A stretch of DNA of 61,583 nucleotides, counting the filler, from Trichosphaerium sp. ATCC 40318 (taxonomy: Eukaryota > Protista > Tubulinea), in the NCBI GenBank assembly GCA_038496445.1. It is 3 parts of 3 records of this genome, joined end to end, with 100 filler letters (N's around TTAATTAATTAA, not from the genome) between each part and the next. Parts side by side here need not be neighbours in the genome. Positions count along the whole stretch, not along the records: positions 1 to 24,231 come from JALMLS010000526.1; 2 more parts are not named here. One strand, 5' to 3'. Both the position numbers and the translations under genes were made by a program. The notes below the pieces were generated by a model that was not told the DNA's origin, ran no database searches, and worked only from the letters and a program-made list of their open reading frames with translations. Within the stretch, counting starts at the first letter, position 1. Each line of letters starts with the position of its first letter. Shown piece after piece: positions 1 through 10,907 of this stretch.

Positions 1-3000
1 GACGCCTGTCTTATTAAAACCGTTACCAGCTTCATCCGGAGGTTGTAGCTCTGATGTGGACTTGACCTATGTTGCACCACCAAAATGTCAAAACCGCCAC
101 TAGCCATTTTTAAATGTTTTACGCACCTTTTTTAAAACAGGCTCCGCAGGCGGTGACGCCTTGTGGTTTGCTGCTGAATTTGCGCGCTGCAAGGTTTGGA
201 CTCTACAAGCGTGACGAACTTAGTTTGAATTGAATCATACATACAATGTCTAAATACGGGAATGTAGGTCGAACCTGGGACTTCCATGCACATTACATCG
301 TTCTGTAGTTGCTCTAGTCCTGCACTGACTTGATCAAACTCGTCTATCAGAAAACCTAACGGATCATGTTAAAATAAGAGATCGCTTTCAGATTTTGGAG
401 ACCTGTTGTCGATGAGTCCTCCAAATCAGGCTGTGGCGGCGATTCAACTACTATTTGTGGTTGTTCAGGCTGCTCTTCTGACTCTTGCGCACTTTCAAGC
501 GCTTCAGCTTCAACATACTACACGATTGATTAACCCCATATCAATGGTTTGGATTCTGTACCTCCTCATATGCCTGCTGCAGTAATTCTGGGTTTTTATG
601 TGCTATCACAAGTTATATTCCTTACGGGATACCCTTAAACGTCATATTTAAGCGACGTACCTGCACAAATAAGCTCGCCATCAACTACAGCGTAGTCATT
701 AAAAACAGGATCGAAGTTGGGATCACTAAACGGGGTTAGTTGGTCATTTTGAAGTGTGTTTTTACAAAAATTATGATGGAACCTACGATGGGTGCATTAG
801 TATGCCATCACATTTTGAGCATTTGAAGCATGATCCACATATCCACCCAAGACCAGAAATATCGAAAGCGTTGTCGTTGTGTGCGGGCTTGTTGCATCTA
901 ACCGCGGTCATGTTAGATCTTTTGTAGAGGAGGATATTTAAGGTGTAAGCGCGCACCCAATGCATCGTTTCAAGAATCCTTCTTCACAATTTTCGCAGCT
1001 ATGCCGGTTAATACGATGATAACAGAAGGTCATTCAGATTGCTGGTTTTCGTACAGTAGCTTGCCAGTTTCATTGAGCGTCATTTGACCACACAAATGCC
1101 TGTTGGAGAAAAGATTAATAACCTAGTCGTTAATAGAGCCAAGGTCTACCTCGTTCCACAAAAGCGTTACACTTTTCGCAAGTAAGGCATTCCCAATGAT
1201 AACATCTGTCCTTGAACATGATAGAAAGTGTCTTTCCAATATCCAATTTGCATGAAGGACACTTTGGTGAAGGCTTTTCTCCATTTTCGTCTGTCTTTAT
1301 GAATCATGCTGTTAGCCAAACAGGTTCCACACACGTGCTTGAATTATAACGTACTGCTGCTTCCATATCAAAAGTGATTATAGCGCGGAAGTTTGAAGGA
1401 TAGAGTCTGTTGTCTGCATCGTTGTGGTCCAAATCTGACTTGTGAAAAACGATACGTTGTTTGTTTTTGCGTATGAATTCAGTATTGATCCAAACGCCAA
1501 ACAATCGATGCTTTTTTACTTAATGTTGAGAGCTACAGTAGCGTTATAAGCGTACCTTAACGTTTTTGTAAAAGAGCTCCACTTTGACATCTCCATTAAC
1601 AGGTATGCCGTTCAGCTTGAAACGCATCCAGTTTTCGCGTCCTTGGGTATCTCTAGACTAATGTGGTGTATCAGGAACGCGAACAGGCTTGTCTTGGACG
1701 CGAATAGAGGACGTACAGCGGGTTTAGCATAAAACGAGCGTTTGGGGCGGACTGCTATGCCGACGTAGTATTTATCACGTTTTTGTGGCAGGTTATAGAC
1801 ACGAATAGAGTTAAGATACACCGTGCGAGATCCAACGTAGCTCGCAGAGGGCTTTAGAGATTGCTCAAAGTATGTGATATAGCGCTGCTGGCTAGGTATA
1901 GTAACACCCTTTAAAAAACATGGTTAGAAGATTATCTAAGCGTATCGATGATGTGGCATTCACGATGGTATTGTAACACTTACGTTACCGTCATGTGTCC
2001 TCTTTTCACCAAAAAATGTGAGCGCTTGGGAGGCGGTTCTGCAGGTACAAGAATGAAGGAGGTAGCAGCATATGATTGTTCCAGTTCTGCCCTAAAGAAA
2101 ACAATATATATTAGGAGGACATCTAACTTTGTCGCCAATCTGGTGCTTAATAAAGCTTGCCTTTCCAGCCTTGCAGTGAAGTACGGCCACATTGGCTGGA
2201 TCTCTGTCTAGCCTAAAGCGGGGAATTATTGGATAAGTGCAAACAAGTGTATATACCATTCAGTTATGTCCGCGCAGATTTTGATGATAAGATCAAAGGG
2301 CGGAGGATTGTGATCATCAAACGGATATTCAGCCACTCTATTCTGGAAGTGGTCATGGTTGTATTTTCTTTCGGAGCACAGATTGTAAATCTAGTGGTGG
2401 GGTAGTCGAAATGGGTCATGACAAATTGTACTTGAATGGTTCAATAAAATATGTAATTACCTTGTAGTGATTCTAAGAGCGGTGAGTGGCTTGCAATGTA
2501 ACGTGAACATAATATGAGTCATTTGGGTAAAATCAACCCACGTACTGGATGGCTTGTGGTCAAAAAGTTCTTTACGTCCTTCATGCTGTTACGATAGAGA
2601 CCCTCAATACCTTTTTGCGTTAGTTTTGTTTTGTTAATGTCAATTCAATTTATGTGCGCAGTAAGGTGGTGCCAGCTCCAACTCATTTGCACGTGCGTCA
2701 AGCCCAGAGTGCAAAACACATAACCGCACTTTATATAGAGTACGCAACTAGCGAACGAACTAAAGTCACGGAAATTTGGGGTTTACAGCGTTATCTAGCA
2801 CGCCGCTTCGAAAAACGTGCGTTGCTTGCCATTTCAAAATTTTTATTCTTCTGGTGGACTACGTACCTTGCGCTGGAAATCCCATGGCTATGATGCGATC
2901 GGTTATGTAGGACAAGTCTGCCGAAAGGTGTAATGTAAATAGTTGTGCGTTTTGCGGTAAGTAGAAGTAATAAGGCGTGCCGTACCTAGATTAAACTTTC

Positions 3001-3064
3001 CAGATATGTAGCGCCGTTTCTTCATGGATACCTTAGTCCGTATAACGTTAAAAGGCTTATCCAT
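1..3064 (-). CDS. PTEN-like phosphatase (phosphatase + C2) with C-terminal LIM-type Cys/His domains; multi-exon, 3' end runs off the window
   Basis: Spliced by eye: [56 protein letters not shown]...[10 protein letters not shown]...YPFDDHNPP...[19 protein letters not shown]...[11 protein letters not shown]; C2 region ([19 protein letters not shown]); then CxxC...H/CxxCFKCxxC repeats ([23 protein letters not shown]). Confidence 0.9.
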
Positions 3065-3331
3065 CTTGTATAGCAAGGATAATGATCGTTGTGGTGCAGG
3101 AACGAACCTTGCGGGTCGCAAGTACAAAAGCTATTCAGTTTTTTTCTCCAGAAAAAAAAAGTCAGCGCCAGTTTTTCTCATTCACGTGGGAGTTATTTAA
3201 TGAAAAAAGAGCGTGTATTAGTATACAATGATTCCTAACTTTATTTGGGTGCGTTGGTTACATAGATGAAGAGTGATCAAAGTGGAAATCATAAGGAGAA
3301 AAAAAAAACTGAAATTCTACTTGTCACATGT

Positions 3332-4435
3332 TCACGTGCTTGGCGCCGCTGTAGATTTGTCTTTGGATTCTTGTTTCTCTCCGTCGTTCGTGGATTTGTC
3401 TTTTAAAGACTCTGGCATTGCCTCTGGACCACAGTAGTATTGTGCTCTTTCCCAGTTTTCTTCTTTGGATTGTTCTATAGCTCGAGCGCGTTCTTCTTTG
3501 CGTTCTTTGCGCCTCTTCAAAAAATTGTCATAGGTGTGATAATAGTCTTGCAGTTCTGGCGCTAATCCTGGAGCATTTTGTTGCTTTAAGTAAGTAGCAC
3601 CAATGACATACGGCAATCGTATGAACTCTGCCACTTCGTTTATGTACAGGGCTGCGAAAAAAGGTTGAAACAGCGCCGACTTGGTTTGTACATAGGCCTC
3701 CAAGTCAGCAATTGACGCCAATCCTACGGTATTATACGCTAGCACTATTGTGTCTGCCCCTGTTGGTTACCAAAGGTGTAAGTAAACATTGTAGACTAAC
3801 AATATTTTGACAGTTTACCTGCTAGATGTGTAATGCCGGCCAAGGCAGCTAATCCTCCTAGCCATACATCTAAAGTCTTGTTAGTGGATACTCAACTTCA
3901 TTTGTACAATATTACGCACATGTGTACAATTGGACACCTGGTAATAAGTACCTAGGTACGCGCATGAGCGATGACGTTGGTTTGGTAGTGTAGCGTACTT
4001 TATGCTGAAATTTACGCGTGCAATAGCGCTCAACTCGTCTTTTTTGTGCATGCGTTGCTTCAAGAGTATAGCCAGTTGTTCTTTTTTGTAAAGTGCGTCT
4101 TGCTCGTCGTCACTCAGCTCTGCTAATTTATCCTCAAGCTCTTTCGCTTTTTTGATAGCGTTCGCGTCAGTAGTGGACGGAGGGGCCTGATTGGGCGTTG
4201 TTTCTTCAGTTTTTTTGTTTTCTTCTGATTTCACTGTATCCTTTGCGTGTACCGTACAGAACCAGCGCGTTTGGCAGGTGAATGAGTGGGTATAAGATCG
4301 GTTGCGTATAACGCGTCTATAGTGTGCGCCAGTACTGATGGGCCTTGTTTGAACTCGGTGCCTGCGATTACGCGGTGTATTTGATCTTTTCGTAACCTGT
4401 GGCGCGTGTAGCGCGTGAACAGTTCTACATTGCAT
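3332..4435 (-). CDS. Probable mitochondrial membrane protein, FAM210/DUF1279-like
   Basis: Arg/Ser/Thr-rich, acid-free N-terminus (presequence-like), coiled coil, then hydrophobic segments ending FFAALYINEVAEFIRLPYVIGAT, resembling the DUF1279 motif FAxAYxxxKxxxPxRLPxT. Several introns. Confidence 0.55.
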
Positions 4436-5452
4436 GTACACTTTGCCTTGAAGCATTTGTAGTATGAATTGCAGCTTTTGATTGTTATTTGTTGATTCAG
4501 GTAAATATTTAAGGATTCCCTGTTTCAAATTTACTGTTTTATACATGCTTTGTTTAATATTATACTCATTCCAGAACACATACACCTCATCATAACACTG
4601 TTTCCTGGATGAGGGCTTTGTTTTTCCAGTTTAACCTTTACATTTCATTACTTTTTGCAGTTTTTCCAGTTTTCATTTACCAACACAATACTATGATTTG
4701 CTATGAGGTCAGCTTGGTATTGATTTTTCAAAAGAATTTACCTATTTTGGAGTGTAAATCTTAATTTTGTATTTGTTAAAAAGTGCACCAAAAAAGGAAA
4801 ACTCAGGACTTTCATAAAAACATTGTAGCTCATTAATTTGTTTCAATGGCCCTTTTTAACAGTGAGTGCAAGTAGTACTTGTTGGCATTAATTCATTTTC
4901 AGTGACCTGTTTTAACAGTGTGAGAGTAGTACATAAGCATATTGTTCATAACATGGAAGAGAAGACATCACTTTACTTTTCTTTTTTGTCAATACAACTG
5001 CCATCAACAGTTGCTCAATTTCAACAGTTTTCTGAAATAGACTGATGTTTTATTTTGTGTACCTAAAAGAACAACACAATTTGAAACCAAACACCATCTT
5101 TCAATGGTTGGTTCTTGTTTGTTAGTGTATAAGTTAATAGAGGACAAATGAAAAGTTAAATTTCCTACTTTACATGTAATGGTCTACAAACACACAAAAG
5201 AAACACTTTTTAATGAAAATAATAATTTTATTTTACAGGCCAACATATTTGACAATGATTGCAGATGCTTTAATTCTTGCACACCTGGTGGTATTCAATA
5301 TTAATTTGCCAATGAAAGTGGCAATTGTTTTGGGTGTTTTGGGTAGTATACACATAAAGGAAATGCATGATTTGTCCTTCAACATCTGCAAGTATTAGAA
5401 AATCCAGTTTATGGATAATTCTTGAAGGTATGCTTAAGTTTCCAAATTGTAT

Positions 5453-5545
5453 TAAATGTTGTCATTTGCATGTTTTAACCATGACTTGTCAGTGGTGGAA
5501 TCAGACAACATGCAAATTGCACATTTTTGGCATGTTTATTTTCTG
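5453..5545. repeat. Degenerate copy of the MITE end found at 10908-11973
   Basis: cagtggtggaatcagaca (~5490) matches TIR cagtggtggaatcggaca; the preceding ~35 nt match the reverse complement of ~11815-11850. Differences are mostly CpG transitions. Confidence 0.75.
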
Positions 5546-5749
5546 TTTCCCGTGATTACAGCTAATGTTACAAGTTTTGACAGTACAAAGTTTCTTTACA
5601 TAAGATATAAAAGATGGCATGTTGAAGTGTTTGAGTGCTTTTGTGCCTTTAAAATGAAGCCTTGCAAATTTACTTCCACCAAGCACTTGACATGTTTTTT
5701 TGATGCTATTGTGGCTTTAATTTTTTTGGTTTTTCCCATTTCAGACATA

Positions 5750-5799
<50 letters not shown>

Positions 5800-5860
5800 G
5801 GTGGGTTTATTGTGCTGTGGACGACAATAACCACGCATGCAATTGGGTTACATTAGGTTT

Positions 5861-8842
5861 TTACAAATCAAAGTATGGATCATCATCCCATTCATCTGAA
5901 CTTTCATAGTTTGAGTAATAGTTGTGTTTTTTCCTTTTATACCTAATAATGGGGGTTAAGTGGTTAGTAATTGAATTAATATAGGTGTTTTTAGAAGGTG
6001 TAGTTGGTAAAGGAGGAGGTTCAGGTGGAGGAGGTAAGCCTGCACCCCAATCTTCCCAGGTATCGGTGATATCTGCCAACCAGCCCGTGGACTTCCAGAA
6101 ATTGCCAACATAAGTGAACTTTTCTTCATCTGGGGGATTTTCGCACTGTGAATTGTCAATGTTGAGTGCAACAAGAATATTTTGTTGGTGCCAGAAAAGA
6201 ACTTTGTGAACTACTGGAGTTGCTTCATCATGGAGAAGAGAGTTGCGACACTTCCAAATGCAATGCATGATGGAGCTGATGTGAATGGCTTTTTCTTTGT
6301 TAGTGGTTAGTTTAAGAGTGTTAAAAGACCAGGAGGATAAGAAGGGTGAAATGTGTTTGATGAGCATACTACCTATAGCATTAGCATATTCCCATTCAAA
6401 AAATAGACAATGACAGTGTAGTGGATACTTGACATCAGAATGTTTGACTGGAAGGAGCTTGAGCAGATATCTCCAAAGAATATCTCTAGGTTTATTGACT
6501 CCCCTAAGCTTACTGACAGACTTGAGCATAAGATGAACTTTCCAGCCTAGATCTATCATTGCTTGAAGAGTAGGTGGCCAGTGAACCTGGTTGGGAGCAG
6601 GGGTATTATGTTTGACAATGTCTGAGACTTTGACATAGGTTTGATTAGGAGGAATTTTTACACCACGACCTAATTTGAGCCATTGGTCATGACAATAGTT
6701 TCCTATTTCAGAAAGACCAGATTCCCAGAGATCGAAATACAGTGTGATTGTGTTGAGGTGCCTAGACCAAAGAGAAGCTTTAAAATTGTCAGCTATGGTG
6801 GAGATATCAGGGATAGACAGCCCACCCAAGTGGAAAGGGAGAGCAGTCCTAGAACCTAAGGAAGAACAATAAGTGTGGTTGTTATTGTAGACTTTGGAAA
6901 CATTGTTAGCACTGTCATAATAGCCATAAAACATGAACCAGTTGACAATGTTACGCCATTGCTTATCAATACACAAAGGTATCTGCAGAGGTCTAGCAAA
7001 ATATAAGATACGTGATTGGGCATACGTCCTGAGTATTGAGTGCTTGGCCTTGAGAGTTCTAGCATAGGGTTTCCATGAGTTCAAAGACTTGATGATACCG
7101 TCTAATGCCTTATGAAAGTTGAAGGTGAGAGAGGTACCTGGTGACAGATCAAAGCCTAAGTATTTAGTAATAGAAGCAGAGGGAAGTACTTGTTCTATAT
7201 CTTTGACAACGTTAATTTGAAAGCACTTGGCTTTGTTCAAGAACAATCCAGATGCTTTAGAGTAATTGTTAATCATATCTAGGCAAAGCGTAATATCAGA
7301 GGAGGATGAGGAGGTTAGCAATGCGTCGTCAGCAAAGAGGATTTGTTTGAGGAGAAGAAAAATGGCTTGAGCACCTTTGACATCATTGCATTGATTAATC
7401 ATTCTGTTGAGCGGCTCTAACTTGATAGCAAACAGTGTGGGAGAGAGGGGATTACCTTGACCAGTGCCTCTTTCTACTTTGAAAGTTTTGTTGGAGACTA
7501 CACCATTGATACGAACAGCCACCTGGATCTGTAGTTGGCTGACAATGGCACCTGGAGCTTTGTTAGAGGGCATGGATGCAATAGCATCAAGAATCTCCTG
7601 AATAGAAATGCTGGCAGACAAAGCATCAGCGATAGAATCCTTGCAGTAAACCGTCCAATACTTGAGAAAGTCATCCATAAGGGATTCGTCGGCAGACCAG
7701 CTGGCGTATAGGTTTTCTTTATAGTACTTTAATCCTTTATTGAGCATGCCATCAAGTCTAGAGTCCATGGGGTGATCGACAGAGCGACGCAGTTGTTTGA
7801 TAGACTGGGATGATTGTTTACCTTTGAGAATGCGAGTGAGGTAAGGAGATGGAGTTTCTTCATCAGTGACACGTTTGACCTGAGAACACATGTTAAGAAA
7901 CTCAAGACGTTCAGACATCATGTCTAAATACTTAGCTTCTTCAAGAGGAGAGATGCTATCGCCATTGGCAACACGGAGCGTATAACTTTTCCAGAAGCGA
8001 TTGCGCTTGTTAAGAAAAAGCTTTTGGTTTTGTTTGACGTCTTTGGTAAGAGCAACCTTGAGCGCTTGATATTTGGAAGGAGGAGCAGCGACCATGTCCC
8101 TAAGAAGCGTACGTAGAGTAGGAGCAACCCGCGATTTCTTCCACACAACTGGATTGAGACGCCAAGGACGAGAGGGCTTGCGCTTGAGAGAAAGAGTGAC
8201 CATGAGCGTGCGGTGATCAGCGCCAGGAAAGCGGACAGTGTGGACACATTTGACTTTGGAGAGCCAGCAACTGCGAACAAAAATGTAATCAATGCGGCTG
8301 ACAGAGCCAGACGACGCAACAAAGGTGTGGCTAGGAAGACCGTACCAAGAAGCAACGTCAACCATACCGTGCCTACGCATAATGGCTACCAGAGTGGGAT
8401 AGTCAGTTGATGGATTACCGAATTGGTCGTTGTGGGTATTGAAATCGCCTAAGACAAAATCTGAGTTGGTAATAAAGCTGTCGAGCTCATTCCACTGGCT
8501 GACATGAGTCTTGAGAGAGGTGGCAGTGTAGACAGAAGTAACAACAGCAGAAACGGAGCCTATGTTAATACGTGTTTTGAGGAAGTGACCATTGAGTGAG
8601 TCTAAAAATTCTACTGGCGAGCGTTTACTACCAACTAGAATAGTACCATTACCTTTGGATCGTCTGTTGCAAGTGAACCAACCATTGGAGAATTTGCCTG
8701 TGCTAAGATTTTTGTGAGAGCTAGGATGGTTAGTTTCAGTGAGACTAATAATGTCGATGTTGAGATCAGAGCACGCTAGACGAGTTTTATTCACGTTACA
8801 GAACCCACGTGTATTTGACGTGGCGAGGGTAAAGTCAGTCAT
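5861..8842 (-). CDS. LINE ORF2: AP endonuclease + reverse transcriptase (domains 1-3 missing)
   Basis: APE motifs LATSNTRG, IISLTET, VLGDFN, SRIDYIF, ADHR; RT motifs KAPG, GTGQGNPLSPTLF, LFADD, KYLG; degenerate C-terminal zinc finger HCLFFEW. Likely start ATG at 8842. Confidence 0.9.
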   Translation of the reverse strand: MTDFTLATSNTRGFCNVNKTRLACSDLNIDIISLTETNHPSSHKNLSTGKFSNGWFTCNRRSKGNGTILVGSKRSPVEFLDSLNGHFLKTRINIGSVSAVVTSVYTATSLKTHVSQWNELDSFITNSDFVLGDFNTHNDQFGNPSTDYPTLVAIMRRHGMVDVASWYGLPSHTFVASSGSVSRIDYIFVRSCWLSKVKCVHTVRFPGADHRTLMVTLSLKRKPSRPWRLNPVVWKKSRVAPTLRTLLRDMVAAPPSKYQALKVALTKDVKQNQKLFLNKRNRFWKSYTLRVANGDSISPLEEAKYLDMMSERLEFLNMCSQVKRVTDEETPSPYLTRILKGKQSSQSIKQLRRSVDHPMDSRLDGMLNKGLKYYKENLYASWSADESLMDDFLKYWTVYCKDSIADALSASISIQEILDAIASMPSNKAPGAIVSQLQIQVAVRINGVVSNKTFKVERGTGQGNPLSPTLFAIKLEPLNRMINQCNDVKGAQAIFLLLKQILFADDALLTSSSSSDITLCLDMINNYSKASGLFLNKAKCFQINVVKDIEQVLPSASITKYLGFDLSPGTSLTFNFHKALDGIIKSLNSWKPYARTLKAKHSILRTYAQSRILYFARPLQIPLCIDKQWRNIVNWFMFYGYYDSANNVSKVYNNNHTYCSSLGSRTALPFHLGGLSIPDISTIADNFKASLWSRHLNTITLYFDLWESGLSEIGNYCHDQWLKLGRGVKIPPNQTYVKVSDIVKHNTPAPNQVHWPPTLQAMIDLGWKVHLMLKSVSKLRGVNKPRDILWRYLLKLLPVKHSDVKYPLHCHCLFFEWEYANAIGSMLIKHISPFLSSWSFNTLKLTTNKEKAIHISSIMHCIWKCRNSLLHDEATPVVHKVLFWHQQNILVALNIDNSQCENPPDEEKFTYVGNFWKSTGWLADITDTWEDWGAGLPPPPEPPPLPTTPSKNTYINSITNHLTPIIRYKRKKHNYYSNYESSDEWDDDPYFDL

Positions 8843-9953
8843 TTGAACGTTTAGCTTTCTTGGCATTAGCCATTTCGAGTCGTACTTCAGACTTGCGCTT
8901 GTATTTGGTGAGCTCGGACGGAGAAAACAGCGTAACTTGGTCGTAAAGATTGTCAGCTCTGGTAGCTTGATCGGCATTGGTGAAAGGAATCATCACCAAC
9001 AAACCATTGGAGCCAATACCATACGGAACCGGTTCATTGTTGGTTAAAATGGCTGGGTACTTATCGACGTCGATGATGCATGCGTTGGTGGGCATACCAA
9101 ATGTTCTATTGATGTAGCGCGAGAAAGAGAAAAGGCGAATGTTAAGACGAGAGCACAAAGCTCTACAAAACGAGCAAAAAGAATCGTCAGTTAATCCACG
9201 GCGTATGCCCTTGATATAAATGCGAACAGAGCCTTTAACGTTGACGTAAAAGCGGAACTCGTTGCCTTTGTAAGTGTCGAGATTGCGTTTGATACGCTGC
9301 TTGGTGAAGCAGGAGGCAATAGGAACCCAAATCGTGGCCGTAGTGGTAGTGACTTTAGAATCGTTGACCTCTAAGGAAAGAGACTCCAAAAGCTCTCTAA
9401 CACGTATGACCATAGGACTAAGTTTCGCACGAAGCGCTGTACCATCTTGTTGATCAGTGGAAGCCAATACGATTGAAATTTTAAGTGAAGGTTCAACTGT
9501 AGCTTGCGAGAGACTCTCTTCAAGAGCTTTGCCAACGTCGGTATAATCCTTGGTGGTGGAGCCATTGTCTAATAGCGGATACTTCTTGAGGAACGCCTCA
9601 ACGTTGGAGACCATTTTGCTTGGATGGACAGTAACATCACGCGAACGCTTCTGAAAGTTAGAGCCGGGAGAAACAGTGGTATCATTGTTGTTCAAAGCGG
9701 CATCAGTGTCGGAAGCACTGACATTGCCTGGAATAGGGGAGTGCTGAGAAGAATATTTAGCATGAGAACCTTTAGGCGGCGTGACGGGCATAAAAACCCT
9801 GTCTGCGCGACCTGTGGTGCCAATATCAAGAGTGCGAGTGCCTTTACGGCTGGGAGAGCTACTTGGCAGTTTACTACATGACAGCTGAGCCACAGCTTGC
9901 TTGAGATGGTATACAGACGAAGAGCAATCTTCAGGAGCGCCGTTGAGTGACAT
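8835..9953 (-). CDS. LINE ORF1 (nucleic-acid-binding, possibly RRM-like)
   Basis: Intronless ORF directly upstream of ORF2 in the same orientation; VRIYIKGI segment is RRM-like; basic C-terminus; first true ATG at 9953. Confidence 0.75.
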   Translation of the reverse strand: MSLNGAPEDCSSSVYHLKQAVAQLSCSKLPSSSPSRKGTRTLDIGTTGRADRVFMPVTPPKGSHAKYSSQHSPIPGNVSASDTDAALNNNDTTVSPGSNFQKRSRDVTVHPSKMVSNVEAFLKKYPLLDNGSTTKDYTDVGKALEESLSQATVEPSLKISIVLASTDQQDGTALRAKLSPMVIRVRELLESLSLEVNDSKVTTTTATIWVPIASCFTKQRIKRNLDTYKGNEFRFYVNVKGSVRIYIKGIRRGLTDDSFCSFCRALCSRLNIRLFSFSRYINRTFGMPTNACIIDVDKYPAILTNNEPVPYGIGSNGLLVMIPFTNADQATRADNLYDQVTLFSPSELTKYKRKSEVRLEMANAKKAKRSND

Positions 9954-10907
9954 AGAGTTTTGAAATTTAGAGAACACGCATAAGTGCACCGTGCACTTGC
10001 GTACAAATACACAGAGCACTGTGAGGACACAGAACAGAATACTGAGGTGGCGAACGAAACGCGGCAAAACAAATACCTAGTGAACGGAAAGCAGCGCGTA
10101 GCTGAAAAGCGATAGGACCCAAGAGGAGGTGATACACGCTAAAAGCGGGGCAAAAGCAGACACCTAAACGAAACGGGACCGTATGATCCGTGCGTAGGTC
10201 AGGGATGATCACCGAGGAAGGTAGGAAGGAGGAGAAGGTGTAGCTAGAAAAGAGAAAAAAATTGTGAAATAAATGGTAGTAAAGGTAGACGAGAGTAGTT
10301 AAATCAAAACAGAGGTGACGCCAGCGCAAAAGCGCTGGCTTGAAAGTAAAAAAATAATTAAAGCCGCCCACAGCACACCCACCTAACGCCAGTCTAATTA
10401 CTGGCACAGGAGAAGTGAGGACAGCGATAAGCTGGGACCCTTTAGGGAGATGTTGCACGCTTCGCTAAGTTAAGGAAGCCTCGCCACTCCTATAAACAAC
10501 TACATTTATACATATCAGCTTTATTATGCATTGTATCCAGAAATGCCACTATTTGGTTTTTTGATGTTTCACCCACAAAGTAATACTTTTATTACACTCA
10601 AAATAAACAACTTTCAATGTGAATCAATGCCAGATGAAGAAAAAATCACAAATAAATGTTATGGAAAGCTACCAAATGGTTAGCTGAATTCAAGGATATT
10701 TGGAAGGATTGGGGTGGTTAACCTTTTCCTCCAAATCTCTCCTACCACTTATTAATCCTCACAATACTCATATTAACAAATGTATAATCCACATATTTAT
10801 CCAATTTCACCATTGTAGGTAATCTGTACATGGTGACATTGTCTATATAAAATGTCAGTAGTAAATGAAAAAAAAAGTTTAAGAAGTGTTGGTGTGGTGG
10901 AGACTTA

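Larger units (their letters stand above)
5754..10490 (-). mobile_element. Non-LTR retrotransposon (L1/Tx1-type LINE), near full length, RT internally deleted
   Basis: 35-nt poly(A) tail (T run 5754-5788), short 3' UTR, ORF2 APE-RT, ORF1 and a ~500-nt GC-richer 5' UTR. 5' boundary approximate; no TSD found. Confidence 0.9.

Noticed and set aside
5740-10500. Target-site duplication and tRNA targeting for the LINE
   Set aside because: No matching duplication found at the 5' end and no tRNA gene nearby.
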